This document shows positions 1-16,765 of a stretch of 64,000 nt of DNA, one piece after another. The DNA comes from Eledone cirrhosa (lineage: Eukaryota). The translations under genes were made by a program, and so were the position numbers. The notes beneath the pieces are model-generated. The model had not been told where the DNA came from and made no database searches. It saw nothing but the letters and a program-made list of their open reading frames with translations. The stretch's first letter is position 1. Each line of letters opens with the position of its first letter. Location of the stretch: contig OZ024749.1 in assembly GCA_964016885.1 (NCBI GenBank), positions 48,174,001 through 48,238,000 of the forward strand. The letters run 5' to 3'.

Positions 1-1
1 A

Positions 2-170
2 GGTTGGTGGATTGGCGGTATCAGTAGAGCGTCTGAAACCATGGCCTTTTACATTCTGAGTTCCAATCCCGCCAAGTTAGCTTTGCCTTTCATAATTACG
101 GGGTCGATTTAATCGTCTTTCCCCTCTCTCATAAATTGCTGGCCTTGTGCCTAAGTAAGAAACCATTCTT
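2..170 (+). mobile_element. tRNA-derived SINE, diverged subfamily with a longer 3' part and an (ATT/ATC)n tail
   Basis: GGTGGATTGGCGGTATCAGTAGAG A-box head, GAGTTCCAATCCC B-box, TTTGCCTTTCAT..CGGGGTCGAT central domain and TGCTGGCCTTGTGCC 3' end, all shared with other copies in the window. Confidence 0.85.
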
Positions 171-901
171 ATTACCATTACTATTGCTATCATCATGATC
201 ATCGTGATCATCAGCATAGTTTGAAAGCTAATTATTTTTCATTTTAGTTGTACTTCCTATATTTTTCTTCTGATTGCGGAATGAAATGCGTAACAACAAA
301 ATTAAATATGACCATTTGACCTTTCAAATATTTACCAATAATATTGAGTTTGCTTTTGTAGTATGGGTCTTATTGAATGATATTGCAGCTGCTATTAAAT
401 CAATAGATATTTGATTTAACAATTTGTTTGGAGAATGTAAAAATACAGAGGAAACAAAAGATTTGTAGAAGTAAACTTGTTTTAATTTCACATTCACTGC
501 TAACACTATATCACATCAAAAGATGGTTAATATACATTTGGAAGACAGCTACAGTAAAAATAATAATAATTTATCGATCATTTTTTTCATGTGCTGTAAA
601 CAAACGCGATTAGAATTGTTATGGATCACGTGACACGATAATTAGCCTTACAGGTTAATGAGTGCTTTCATCATTTCCACATTAAAAATGACAGACATGG
701 TGTGCATTAGTTTTATTTGTTTCACATTATGTTAAACAAGAACAATGCCATTTCAGAAAAAAATCAATCATATCATATACACACTCTCACGCATAAAAAC
801 ATTTCAATTAATTCTATATTTATCAAACACTACAGTTATTTGACTTCTATTTAAAATCACTATAACTTTATTGTCAATCATATACGTATGTACACATATC
901 A

Positions 902-1352
<451 letters not shown>

Positions 1353-1993
1353 ATGAGAAAGACAGGGAGAGATATTGAGATGGAGAAGTGAAAGATAGAA
1401 AGAGAGATATAAGGATATAAAGTGAGATACATTGAAATAGATAGGGTGATAGTGATTGAAACTCAGTAATGTGAATTATAATGGAGAATGGTACTGAGCA
1501 AAATACCATGATAATGCAGGGGTGACTGGGCGTCAACATTTGTTGAGGTTAGGAGACAGGTTCAATGCAATGTAATAATGAACAATTATATATGTGAACT
1601 ACAGAACTGATATTATTCCTGAGTTAAATAAATTATTTGAGCGTACAATTTTAACTGGGGGGATGGGTCCGTTTGATTCACGTCACCTGTTAAATCTGAC
1701 AGTGTATATCATTGGGAATATAGGCCATCTTTATATTGATTCACCAATAACATCTATAAATACATAGTCTATACATTTAGACATTGTGCAGTGTTTTTTA
1801 CAAAACATAAATGTGATATATGTGTAAAAACTGTTGCATAAAATAACTACTTCATGAAGAATTTGTAATAGGGACATATATATTGTTTGGCATTTTATCA
1901 CACGACTTGTGATAAACTTATCACATGGAGACAAAATGTTTTGTAATTCCTTTGGAAAATTTACCGTTCCTACTTTCTGCTATATATTCTGTT

Positions 1994-2241
1994 ATATTAA
2001 CAGGAGAAATATCGCCTTTTGGTATGTAAAATACGTTAGTCAATTCATGCTATAGTATTAGATTCATCCAAAATCAAACATTCTTCAATAGTCATTGTTT
2101 AGCACATTGGGAACAACTGTTATATATATGTGCTAAACAATGGCCATTGAAGAATGTTTGATTTTGGATGAATCTAATACTATAGCAGGAATTGACTAAC
2201 GAATTATACATACCAAAACGCGATATTTCTCCTGTTAATAT
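1994..2241. repeat. Fold-back palindrome, about 113-bp arms, about 22-nt spacer
   Basis: ATATTAACAGGAGAAATATCG...TTGTTTAGCACA (1994-2106) is the reverse complement of TGTGCTAAACAA...CGATATTTCTCCTGTTAATAT (2129-2241) with scattered mismatches. Confidence 0.95.
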
Positions 2242-3159
2242 CAGACGACAAACGAAAAATATAATTTTTTCTGTAATTCCTTTTTAATAAAGAGTGAATT
2301 ACATTTTGTTAAAGCTAATGTATATAGTATTAATAAACACCTGGATAAACTTCTTATATAATTAAACATACTACGGATGTGGTAAGAATTCGTAATTAGA
2401 ATAATAACTTTTAAATCCGGCAATTGTTCTTATCATTCTTATTTGCCTAGATACCCATCTTAAAGAATCTTTATATTTCGTACTAAATGACCGATTCTAT
2501 ATGCAATTTCTTTTGGCGTTAAATTTCACTGAACATTAAATTTCTTCATTACAGATTTCCTGTGTATGGATTGAACATAAAAACAGATAATTTATTTCCA
2601 AAATATTCTCCGTTCATTGTCATTTAGTTTATTGCAATTGTACACAAATTACGAGTAAAACAGAAATGCTAGTAAAAGAAAAAATCAAATAATATCTCCA
2701 GCAATTGCGTTTCAATAAATTTATTTCCTTTTGATTTCGTTAGCAGAATTTCGTGTAACATGCATTCCGATTTGAATTCCTCTTGTCAATCCGTATATAG
2801 AAAAAAGATGAAAAAACATGCTCTAAAGATTCTGATTGTAATGTTTGAAGACATTTTATTCCAACTGATAATTAAATGAACTTTATTCGACAACACAAAC
2901 ATCAGGTGGCCAAACATAAATAAGAGAAATGTTGGTTTATTAAAGCATAATTAAGATTGTCTGATAATTGCATAGAATGCTATTTCAGAAATTACACTTT
3001 TTATTGTATTGATTGTATAACCAAATGAATGAAATCTAAAGACTATTGCAGTGTCTCTCGCAAATTAAGAATATGTATGCAGAAACACATAAACGTTTTA
3101 AGCAATTAACATATAACCCTTCTCTCAATCTGTATATTTATATATATATATATATATAT

Positions 3160-3466
3160 GGTAAATTTATTTAAGTCGTTTGGAAGCTTCGACAATGCAG
3201 ATGGGTAAATCTCCGGGTAACAAGATCCGGTGGTGGAGAGAGAGATGTAAGTGGGTGTACGTTGAGATGCGTGGCGTGTATAAGACTGTAGCGTGTATAG
3301 GAATTAAGGAAAGAGCGTAAATGATGATAATAAAAATTAAAATAACAACACGAGATAGAGTTACCTTGGGAGAGATTTAATTATCCCTATATATTTCGGA
3401 TTCACATCCATCAACAGTTGATGGATGTGAATCCGAAATATATAAGGACAATTAAATCTCTCCCAA
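3160..3466 (-). mobile_element. Asymmetric fold-back element, probable Penelope-like remnant (50-bp arms 3366-3415/3417-3466, 1-nt loop, long arm ends in (TA)n)
   Basis: Palindrome read directly. Minus strand at the centre reads CTGTTGA-T-GGAT-GTGA-ATCC-GAAA-TATA-TA-GGGA, a degenerate hammerhead core. Confidence 0.7.
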
Positions 3467-3884
3467 TATATTCTGGTACATATGGTTTGGTTATGTGTAT
3501 ATGGGAGTTTTGCGTCTGTGTGAGTATGCAGGTTCGTACGTGTGTAGGGTGCGTGTATATGTGTACTTCATGGTTTGGTTGACTTACGTCTCCGAACATT
3601 TGTGTATTTACATGTAGGTCTGTGTGTGCGCTTGTTATATACGTATTTATTTATTTATACACGTTTATTTAATTATTAATTTATTTGTATACACGCATAC
3701 ACACACACATCTTTATATGTGCGTGGTTTTGTATACCTATTGTAAGTGTTTTCGCATATGCTTGTGTATGTACGTATTTGTATGCGTGTATGTATTTATT
3801 TAATTTCTATTATTTCTGTATTGTATTTATTTACTTTGTTCTTAACTCTGAAGCGGAGATTCATTCGGTCTCCTAGTTAGAATT

Positions 3885-4152
3885 TTAGTCTACGAATTCT
3901 GCTATACCTTTTACGTGGTTTTGTATTTGCGTGCAATTGTTCTCCACGCACCACATATGACGTATTATCTTCGTTTTTTTCGTTCATTGCCAGAGAACGT
4001 CTCTATGAACCACCTAAGAGAACATTAGTCTACGACCTCTTTTATACCATAAACGTGGTTCTGTCTTTGCGCGTAATTGTTTTTCACCGCTCCTATTAAT
4101 GACGTATTATATTCGTTTTTTGCCGTTCTTTGCTAGGGAACGTTTCCGCGAA
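3885..4152 (+). repeat. Two diverged direct repeats of about 140 bp
   Basis: TTAGTCTACGA...ACGTGGTT...ATGACGTATTAT...GAACGT...GAACC occurs from about 3885 and again from about 4025. Confidence 0.85.
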
Positions 4153-4304
4153 CCAAAGTATCGTCTTCCTGTCTTCCTCCGGTTGCAACGTTTTTTGAAA
4201 TATCCACTTCTGCGTTTACATATTGACTTTGGTAGTTTCAGAAGATCCCGTTAAGGGTTAAAGCAGCGATTATTTGCTTAAACTTTAATCTGTTATTTTA
4301 ATAA

Positions 4305-4338
<34 letters not shown>

Positions 4339-4872
4339 ATATATCAATCTGTCTCCCTATGTATATATATATATATATATTTATAAACCCACCGATGCTC
4401 CCACGTAGAAGGCCAAAGTTGTGTGCAACTAAACCATAATGACAGACATTTATATACAGACGGACTTCAATGAATTTTATAAACAACTACTTCATGCTGG
4501 ACGAGAACAATTTTAGGGAACGTTTCCGCGAACCAAAGTATCGTCTTCCTCTCTTCCTCCGGTTGCAGCGTTTTTTGATATATGCACTTCTGCGTTTACA
4601 GATTGACTTTGTTAGTTTCAGAAGATCCCGTTAAGGGTGAAAGCAGCGATTCTTTGCTTAAACTTTAATCTGTTATTTTAATAAATATATATATATATAT
4701 ATATCAATCTCTCTCCCTATGTATATATATATATATATATTTATACACCCACCGATGCCCCCTCGTAGAAGGCTAAATTTGTGTACAACTAAACGATAAT
4801 GACAGACATTTAAACACAGACGGACTTCAATGAATTTTATAAACAACTACTTCATGCTGGACGAAAAAAATT
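4134..4872 (+). repeat. Tandem duplication with a 380-bp period
   Basis: TAGGGAACGTTTCCGCGAACCAAAG starts at 4134 and at 4514. The units are near-identical and differ mainly in (TA)n length. Confidence 0.97.
4614..4664 (+). ncRNA. Hammerhead-like fold with variant core (paralogues at 4234-4284 plus and about 51942-51990 minus)
   Basis: AGTTT-CAGAAGA-T-CCC-GTTAA-GGG-T-GAAA-GCA-loop-TGC-TT-AAACT: stems I, II and III all pair; CAGAAGA replaces CTGANGA. Confidence 0.55.
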
Positions 4873-5682
4873 CCCTACAAAATTCGACAAACCCATAAAG
4901 ACAAACGATGCATCAACATACACCAACATAATGATGAATTACAAATCTACAAATAAATCCCGCAAAATTTATGGGAGTAAATTGTGTTGTTTCCGACAAA
5001 GAAATGAAATGTTCATCAAAAAATTAAACCTAACATAGAATTCAATGTAAATATCAGTAACGAAAAGCCTTCCCTTCGTATATATACTAAAATTAAAACA
5101 AAACATAAAGGTAAAGACTGACACATATTCTAAACTCTCTGACTCTGACAATACCCACATTTTACATCACTTCATCCAACATCAAAGGTGATCCACATCA
5201 CTTTGTTCACATAAATGAAGGTATAATAGTATGAACGGTATACTATGAACACTACATTAGCCAAACAAGAATAACCCTCTGACAATGATTGACAGTTCAT
5301 CTACTATGGTATGTAAATGTTTCTTCAAATATTCCCACTTATAGAATAGAATATTCCGTCTTCCAAAGCTACTGAATAAGAGTTTTGATATATTACTGTA
5401 GTTCTCTGTCGAATATAAAACAATTTTGCTAAATTACTGAAATTGTATTTAGCAAAATATTTTACAAGAGAAATTTTTAAACTATCAACCAGAGGCTCAA
5501 ATCAACTTTACCTGGGGGGCAAGTAGACAGAACTTAATACATTTCAATAAACGGAAATATTATGAATAATAGATTTATTATATTTCGAAATTATTATTGC
5601 CAATACTTTCGAGGTAAACTGTTAATATCTAGGAAGGGGTGAAAAATCACATTAGATGTCTCAGAGCAAATCGGCAATAATG

Positions 5683-5850
5683 ATACACACAAATACACTT
5701 ATACAGAGTAACTTCAAGTAAAATATAAAAAAAAAGATTATACACACAAATAGATCTATATAGAGTCACGTAAAGTAATACAATGTGATAGAACATATTA
5801 TACACACAAATACACTTATATAGAGTCACACAAGCTAAAACAATGTAACG
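5683..5850. repeat. Minisatellite, 3 diverged units of about 58-60 bp
   Basis: TACACACAAATACACTTATA(C/T)AGAGT recurs near 5683, 5741 and 5801. Confidence 0.85.
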
Positions 5851-6157
5851 TTAGATAACGTTTTGCGAAGACAAATAATAAACATAACGCGTAAGAATAG
5901 TTCTAATACATATATACTGTATTTTGAGTATTGTATTGTGCATTGGGACATGATGCTACTCAATGATAGACAATTAAGGGTTGAATATGTAACAAGTCTT
6001 TTTAAAGAGTAATGCATAATTAGATCTCTCTTTTCAAGATTATAACATACCAAATCGCATACTGTTACGAATATATCTATATAAAGCATTCCTCTCTATT
6101 CCTGCATAACATACTCACACATACAAACATAAACACACACACACACACGCACGCACG

Positions 6158-6195
<38 letters not shown>

Positions 6196-6827
6196 TACAC
6201 ACACACGCACTCACGCGCACACCCACTCACTCACACACACACACACATATATTCAATTATTTTCCTGTGATAAGTATGCGTGTATGTTAATACTTTCCTA
6301 TTGATATATATATATATGTATATATATATATAACTGTAAATGTATGGTATGTATGGATATATGGATGAATGTATGCATCTCAATCTATCTCTTTGTGTGT
6401 GTTTCTCTCTCTCTCTATGTACCTATCTCACTCTCTTTCTCTCTCTATCTCTCTCTCTGTGCATATATATATATATATATATATATACACTCTTGTAGTA
6501 TATCTATTTGTGTATATTTTTATCCGATTTCTCGGACACCATTTTATTCAATACAATCGATTAGTTTCATTTCAGAAGTACTTTCTTCTTTTTTAGCAAA
6601 CTTTTCTGTTCTTTAAAATATTTTCTGCCTATTAAACACGTACATACATATTTCAGTCTCGAGTTCGTGCCAAACAAGATTACAGTTAATAACAGAAACG
6701 TGTCTCTAAAAATGAAGTACTGAAACTGAAATTTTTGAGAGAGAAAAAATAAGTATATATTTATTGCTAACTAATCCCAATTTCCACGCATACACACGCT
6801 TACGTACCTTTATATATATATATAAAT

Positions 6828-6872
<45 letters not shown>

Positions 6873-6947
6873 CATAAACATATACATACATCATACACAC
6901 AGACATACACTCACACATATATATATATGTATGTATATATATATATG

Positions 6948-6986
<39 letters not shown>

Positions 6987-7040
6987 GCATATGCATACAT
7001 CATACACACACATATATATATATGTATGTCTATATATATA

Positions 7041-7322
7041 TATATACAAATATACATATACATACATAAACATATACATACATAAACATATACATACATA
7101 AACATATACATACATAAACATATACATACATAAACATATACATACATAAACATATACATACATAAACATATACATACATAAACATATACATACATAAACA
7201 TATACATACATAAACATATACATACATAAACATATACATACATAAACATATACATACATAAACATATACATACATAAACATATACATACATTAACATATA
7301 CATACATTAACATATACATACA
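7041..7322. repeat. 16-bp minisatellite (CATACATAAACATATA)n, about 17 units
   Basis: Read directly; explains the 16-aa periodic spurious ORFs. Confidence 0.97.
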
Positions 7323-7363
7323 TCATATATATGCATACATAAAGATATAAATACATTATATAT

Positions 7364-7429
<66 letters not shown>

Positions 7430-8084
7430 TCGAAGGACACACTGAATACAACTCAAGAGGTTTTAACAACTTGCTTTTAAGACATCTTTCTCTTTTTTTT
7501 TGTTAAGTGTAAATATCGAAAATATATATGTTAACTCAGCACATTCATTTACTACACATATCAGCAATAGTAGCTGAGGCAACAACAACATTTACAACTA
7601 GTGCTGTTGAACACGCAAACAACAAATAAAATTAGAGAAGAAAAAAAACATTAACATGCGTTTTTGCAATATCCATAAGAAAAGAAAATGTTACAAAAAG
7701 CTATACATGTTAAAGTTACGAGAAACATATTCAGGCAATAATAACTACATACATGTGAAACTCGGTACGAAATTCAGTGTACTTAAGCCAATTAGAATTG
7801 TTTATGTGGTTTTCGTATTATTTGAGAAAATGCTACTAGCCACACTTATTCCAATCTGATGCTGGCCCTGCTAAAGATAGTGTAATCACTAAGGAATAAA
7901 ACATTATTCATCACTCTCTCTCTCTCTCTCGCCCGCTCTCTCTGTCTCTCTCCCGCTCTCTATGTCTCTCTCTCTTTATTTGTCTTATTCTTATACATAT
8001 ATATGAAAATGTGATTACGAATACATTACGCGATTACATGTATATTTTTTATATTGGGCAATATTTTTCATGATATATACACAT

Positions 8085-8086
8085 TG

Positions 8087-8178
<92 letters not shown>

Positions 8179-8273
8179 ACTACTACTACTACTACTTCTA
8201 CTACTATATCACCACTACTACCACCACCACCACCACCACCATTACTACTACCGCCACCACTAACACCAGCAAC

Positions 8274-8313
<40 letters not shown>

Positions 8314-8348
8314 ATACTACTACTACTACTACTAATACCACCACCACC

Positions 8349-8421
<73 letters not shown>
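8085..8421. repeat. Compound trinucleotide repeat (CTA)n-(CTG)n-(CTA)n-(CCA)n
   Basis: Read directly. Confidence 0.98.
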
Positions 8422-8773
8422 TTTCTATATGTAGATGATTCAGCACGTCGATCATAGAAGGTCAATATCAGCTTCCTTTTCAATCTTCTATGATTCTTAT
8501 ATAAGCTAACCTTCTTTACTACAGAAGAGAATGGTATCAGTGGTGAGTACAACGCTTTGAATAAAGATATTTACTTCGGCACAAAACGTTCTGAATTTAT
8601 AACCATACATTTTATAGTTATTGAGTAGATACAATATTTCGTTACATTTAACAGCACGACCTTGAATTGGGCGAAAGAAAGTGAGGGAAACAGAGTGGTA
8701 TAGAAATAGAGGGAGAGAATAATATATAATGAGTGGTAGAAAATAATACTGTTATTATTAGAGGTTGATTTAG

Positions 8774-8955
8774 GGCGGTGGATTGGCAGTATCGGTAGAG
8801 CATCGGACACCATACTTTGACGCATATATTCACGGCCCTTGCCATTCTGAGTTCAAATCCCGCCGAGGTTAACTTTGCCTTACGGGGTCGATAAAATAAA
8901 GTACCATAATGCACTGGGATAATTGCTGGCCTTGTGCAAAAAGTAGAAACAATTA
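8774..8955 (+). mobile_element. Full-length tRNA-derived SINE with 15-bp TSD
   Basis: A/B boxes and central domain present; ATTATTAGAGGTTGA at 8754-8768 and 8952-8966. Confidence 0.95.
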
Positions 8956-9088
8956 TTAGAGGTTGACAACAATGCTAATAGAGCGTTATATGTTACAAAT
9001 AAACATAAAAAATGTTTCCTTTATGTTAAGCCGTATAATTAGATAATTTTTCCTAACATTCAATTACATTTCTAACGCTATTATTTAC

Positions 9089-9279
9089 GGCGGTGGATTG
9101 ACACTATCGGTAGAGAGTCGGACACAATGCTTTTCAGCATAAAGTTACCTCCCTTTGCGAACTGAGTTCAAATTCCACCGATATTAACTTTGCCTTTCAT
9201 CCTTACGGGGTCGATAAAATAAAGTACCAGCAATGCACTAGGGTATTTGCTGGCCTTGTGCCAAAAGTAGAATCAATTA
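9089..9279 (+). mobile_element. Full-length SINE with 9-bp TSD
   Basis: Same family; ATTATTTAC at 9080-9088 and 9276-9284. Confidence 0.95.
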
Positions 9280-9795
9280 TTTACATACAGTATCATATAA
9301 ATATTTCTCTCGCGCTCTCTACGGAAACAAAATCTTTTACACTTTCTACAATGTTGCAAACAGCCACAATGAGCCTAATATACAAAGACCGGAGAAAGAG
9401 GAAAGTGACATCTGCGTGATGATTTGTGTTGAGAAGAACACTTTTAATATTTCCCTATTTTCATTTTGCTTCACCATCTCCATCTTATAATTCTATTTCT
9501 CTCTCATCCTGGTTCTCAAATACATTATTTGTCATTTCTTCCACGGCCCAAGTTCCTAAATATTTTTATGACTTCTTTAAATTCTCATTCTAGTGTCTGA
9601 TAAATGGCTACGATCCGAAACCATAAATAGCTTTTCTTACAATATCCAGCGTAAAACTAATACATTTCTTCATTATACTGCGTCTTTTGATTTATTACTG
9701 TTTGGCGTATGCGTATATATAAATACACACATACACAGGCATATGCATACAATTACACACACACACACAAACACACACATATATGTGTGTATATT

Positions 9796-9830
<35 letters not shown>

Positions 9831-10495
9831 TGTATGAGACAGATAGAACAAAGAAGAGATAGAGAGTATGTCTGCATATTATAGTGACTGTGCTCTTTGT
9901 TTCCAAGTAAAGTTGATATAAAACTATATTCAGCAAGAGCGAATTCAAAGAAATATCGATAAAATGTAAAATAATAGAAGACATATAAAACGAAATCCAG
10001 TATTATGCTGTTAAGTGGACAGATTTTTACGTAAACAGAAACCACAGGTGAATATAAAACATCACTATGTCTTCAAGATATAGGTTTAATGAAAAGGACG
10101 GTAAATTATATTGGTGCTTTATATTATCAAATACTGGAAATGTCCTCATCGAATTGATGGAATTAAGCTAGATAACACTCTATATTTTTGACATAGCGCG
10201 AGATGTCAATCATCAAATATAGTAATTGAGGAACACCATTGAAATACACTGCAAAGAGAGAAGTAGTGTATTCATATGTTCTTTTTTCTTATTTGCTCGT
10301 TTTAGTCAGTGGACGGCTATTATAATGAGAACGTGCATTCAATGGTTTCTTTCGATCCTATCCACACTTTTGTATACATTAGTCTTTTAGCTATCTATTC
10401 TCGTCTATAGTAAAACCTAGTTGCAGGCTCATGAAGAGACGGAACTCAACATCAGCTCCTGCTCGTAAACATATGCAAGTACACGGACACACTAC

Positions 10496-10607
<112 letters not shown>

Positions 10608-11940
10608 ATCTATCTATCTATTCTTATTCGTGTGTTTATGTTTGTGACTTTATTTGTATCCAATAATATTGTAGACATCCACAAGTTTCTCTGCGATTCA
10701 TTGTTTGAATTGAGACTAAATTAGAAATGTCGTTTCAATCAGAACGAGTAAACATGCATACAACTGTTCTCTTTAAATGTCATAATGAAAATTATGCTTC
10801 CTATATAAAGAAACATATCCATACGTTAGGGACATATTGATCACATTATTTCATAGTAGTTTAGCAAAAAGATTTATTCTCAACTTATGGCTGCTTATTT
10901 TAATGTGCTACCTGTATTTTGTAGCTAAAAGACAAAGAATTAACAGCAAAGTAATAACAATGAGAAAAAAATGATGAAATTAAAATCAAATACAACAAAA
11001 TAAATTAAATACAGAAATGGCATTTTTAATAACAGATTTCTCTTCACATGAAGAACGTAATTTCCTATGAGTGAAAATATTAACTCTATTAGAAAGTGTT
11101 AAATTTAACGATAGAGAAAAAGAAATTTCAACAAGTTATAATTAAGCAAATGTTTGCCAAGGGAACAAAAAGTAAATTATAATACATAATTATGCCGTTT
11201 TCACTCTATAACAAACACTGCTAATCAATATATTTTAGAATTTGCAACTAAATGACACAATATTTATCTGCAGAATCAGCATTTCTATCTAGACAGCGAA
11301 TATGTTGGAGACAAGCCAAACAAGTTCTTATTAGCGTTGTTGTTGTCTTAACGTAGATTGGCATCAATTAAGAAGACATACCTATGTTGAAAGATGTTCC
11401 ATCCTCGATCATAATTTCTCCCCTCTACACACACAAATAATGGACATTCGGTTTGTAAAAGGGCAAGCTGTGATTTGTTAATTCTAGTTATTTGTCTAAT
11501 TTGTCAAATCCTACGTATAAATATAAATGTAGTTATTAACACACACACAGAGATTCGCACCCATCACCTCGCTCAAATATTCAAATATACACAGACACTA
11601 TATATATATATATATGCATGGGCATTAACGAACGAAGGAAACAGCACACAGTGACAATGTATAATCTAGTGGTTAATTCAGGTAGTTAATAATCTAGAGG
11701 TTAATTCAGGTAGTCTAAAGGATGGCATCAAACTTTTGTTTCATGAATTATATACAGCTTTATTCATAAGTTATACAAAACTAAATACTACTATACTGAA
11801 TGGCTTTCTTCTTATTCAAATAGCGATTTATCTTATAAACGCACTTTCTCTCTGCAAGAATTAAATTGAATGTCTCAAGCGAAATCTTATAGAAAATTGA
11901 AGAACTAGTCCCGCAAAAACAATTAATTTAATATTTCAAT

Positions 11941-12060
11941 ATAATTGTCTCTACTTTAGGCACAAGGCCAGCTATTACCCAGTGCATTACTGGTACTTTA
12001 TTTTATCGACCCCGTAAGGATGAAAGGCAAAGTCAACTTCAGCGGGATTTGAACTCAGAT
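11941..12060 (-). mobile_element. 5'-truncated SINE
   Basis: Reverse complement of the family from the B-box to the 3' end. Confidence 0.93.
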
Positions 12061-12460
12061 CAATGTAATGCAATATATGCATCAATATAATGATCAATAT
12101 AATGCAATAAAGATACAATATATGATGAATATAATGCAATATATGATTCAATATAATACAATAAAGAAACGGTTGTTAAATTGAGCCAAATCGTCAAAAT
12201 AACTCTCAATCATATAAAACATTGAATATATATATATAGAGGGTGTCCCAAGAAATGTATCCACACTATAAAAGCATTCTAATAAACATGTGTATAGATT
12301 TATATCAGTATATACATTTATATCAGGGTTTAACCAATCTTAAACTAGTAAGACAGAGTATTCCATCCTTGGAGGTAGTAGAGTGTGCGTATATAAGAAA
12401 GAGTCAAGTCTGAAATTAGCTGACGAAATGGCAAGAACTCAGCCCTTGAGACGCGACTCT

Positions 12461-12510
<50 letters not shown>

Positions 12511-12512
<2 letters not shown>

Positions 12513-12650
12513 ATTGTTTCTATTGTTGGCACAAGGCCAGCAATTATCCCAGTGCATTAATTGTACTTTATTTTATCGACCTTGTAAGGATGAAAGGCAA
12601 AGTTAACCTCGACAAGATTTGAACTCAGTCCGTAAAGGGACCTAACTCTA
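12511..12650 (-). mobile_element. 5'-truncated SINE
   Basis: Reverse complement of the family consensus. Confidence 0.93.
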
Positions 12651-12655
12651 TTGCA

Positions 12656-12713
<58 letters not shown>

Positions 12714-12717
12714 ACAT

Positions 12718-12771
<54 letters not shown>

Positions 12772-13287
12772 ATACGATAAGCAGTCATAAATTGAAAGAG
12801 AGAGAGAGAGAGAAAGAAAGAGTATGAGAGAGAGAATGGGAGACAGAGCGGCATTAATCTAACCATGATAATAGATTGTATATTTTTTTAAGTATTTGCT
12901 TTATAGTGATTATGGCACATTCATCCAAATAATGTACAGGTGTTTATTTATTAAATGATGATATTAATAGTAGTAAAACATGTGCATGATTCTAGTTTAG
13001 TTGATATCTCAGATAGAAATCTATTGTTTGTCTGTACAAGTTGAAGACAAACTGGCGTTGAGAAAAAAATAACAGCTTGAATTAATCAGACATAATCAAT
13101 TTATGATACAGACAAGGTAGATCTATTAACTTCATGATGGAAAGGAAAAGATCATAAAAAAATGAGTTATACATATATACATAAGAATATGCAAACACTC
13201 TCACATATAGACACACATACACTCATACGAATATATCTATATATATATACGAGTATGGACATATGAATTTGTATACACAGACACAGC

Positions 13288-13355
<68 letters not shown>

Positions 13356-13613
13356 TATAAATGTATATTTTTATATACTGATACATACATACACATATAT
13401 ATATATATATATATATACTCATTAAAATGTATCTATGATAGAGTAGATTTATAGGAGCCTTGTCAATTATTTGTGCTTGCAGTCCTTAGAACACCTCAAT
13501 AACAATGGGTACAAAAGATTATTTATCATAGCTAATTGATATCGATATAATCATGGGGTGAGCGTACGCAAACAGGCACACGCACGCACACACACACACA
13601 CACACATACACAC

Positions 13614-13653
<40 letters not shown>

Positions 13654-13872
13654 ACTATGCCCAGATTTCTGATGTGTATCGGAAGGTTACCATAGTTTAA
13701 AATAAGGTAATCAATGCCCTACTAGGAGAAGTGCATATTTATTTATATAAAAATGACACCTACACGACAAGAATTGTTCCATTCGTATGGAAATCCGATA
13801 CTGTGTGTGTGGAAGCGAAACACCGGTGTCACTAGACCTCTTTAGCCATAGTAATTGAATATTTAAGCACCT

Positions 13873-13969
<97 letters not shown>

Positions 13970-14159
13970 GTGTGTGTGTCTTTGTGTGTGTGTGTGTGTG
14001 CGTGCGTGCGTACGCTCACCCCATGATTATATCGATATTAATTAGCTATGATAGATAATTGTTTGTACCCATTGTTATTGAGGTGTTCTAAGAGCTGCAA
14101 GCACAAATAATTGTCAAGGCTCCTATAAAGCTACTCTATTATAGATTAATTTTAATCAG

Positions 14160-15415
<1,256 letters not shown>

Positions 15416-15601
15416 AAACGGAATAGAAAATGCTGACAAATTGTTCACAGTGAAAAATAGTTTCATTAGGAATAAGTGAGAATTAGTAATTTTATTGGTT
15501 AGTATTCAGTTTTGGTTTTAAGTGTTACCAGTTGCGCATTTCTAATGAATTTCAAATATAATTTTCCGATAGAGCATCCGTGATGTTTGCTCTGATCTGT
15601 G

Positions 15602-15655
<54 letters not shown>

Positions 15656-16204
15656 TTATTAAATGAGTGGGGGTGGTTGATTATGTGGTTGTATGTAGTA
15701 GATGATGCTTTAAACCACACCTGAGCTCCGTTGCTTTTCAGCTTCAAGGGAATTAATATAGTTATTAATGAAGTGCTGTCTTGTATGATATTCAAGAAGT
15801 GAACAAACGCCTCCATGCATATCTCAACAAAATAAATTGCAAAAGACAAACAGTAAATGCAAATGATAGTGGGATTAAGGCATAACGGTGGTGAGGTGTT
15901 AACGTTGAATAGAATAATTTTCAATGGCGACACATTACTTTAAATATATGCAATTGTAGATAATGTTCTTTATAACATAGTGTCAGATGTGGCGCCTATG
16001 ATACAGACTCTTTTCAAAGCTGCATAATTCTTTACTAAAATAGTAGCATATTGAAAAACTCAACTATCTGAACTCATCGTGGTTTAGACATTTGCTGGCA
16101 CAGCTGTTTCTCTTTATTACAACGGAAAACCATTTGTTATGAATGACATAATATATGAAGACAATATCAATCTCTCTGTGACAGTAAATTTCTCAAACAT
16201 TGAA

Positions 16205-16765
<561 letters not shown>

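Noticed and set aside
1994-2241. Hammerhead inside this palindrome, or pre-miRNA
   Set aside because: No intact CTGANGA/GAAA pair with matching stems was found, and the arms are too long and repeat-like to call a miRNA without small-RNA data. The 42164-42278 hairpin also lacks a core.
7041-7322. Regular array resembling CRISPR
   Set aside because: Head-to-tail 16-mers without unique spacers, eukaryotic context, no cas genes. The same applies to the arrays at 5683-5850 and 21170-21730.
8049-8552. 167-aa Ser/Gly/Val/Ala-rich ORF
   Set aside because: Entirely explained by the compound trinucleotide repeat.
15652-16125. 93-aa ORF with nearby YIGAT-like and GAAACAGCTGT motifs suggesting a PLE remnant
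   Set aside because: Needs several assumed indels and has no upstream CTGANGA; support is insufficient.
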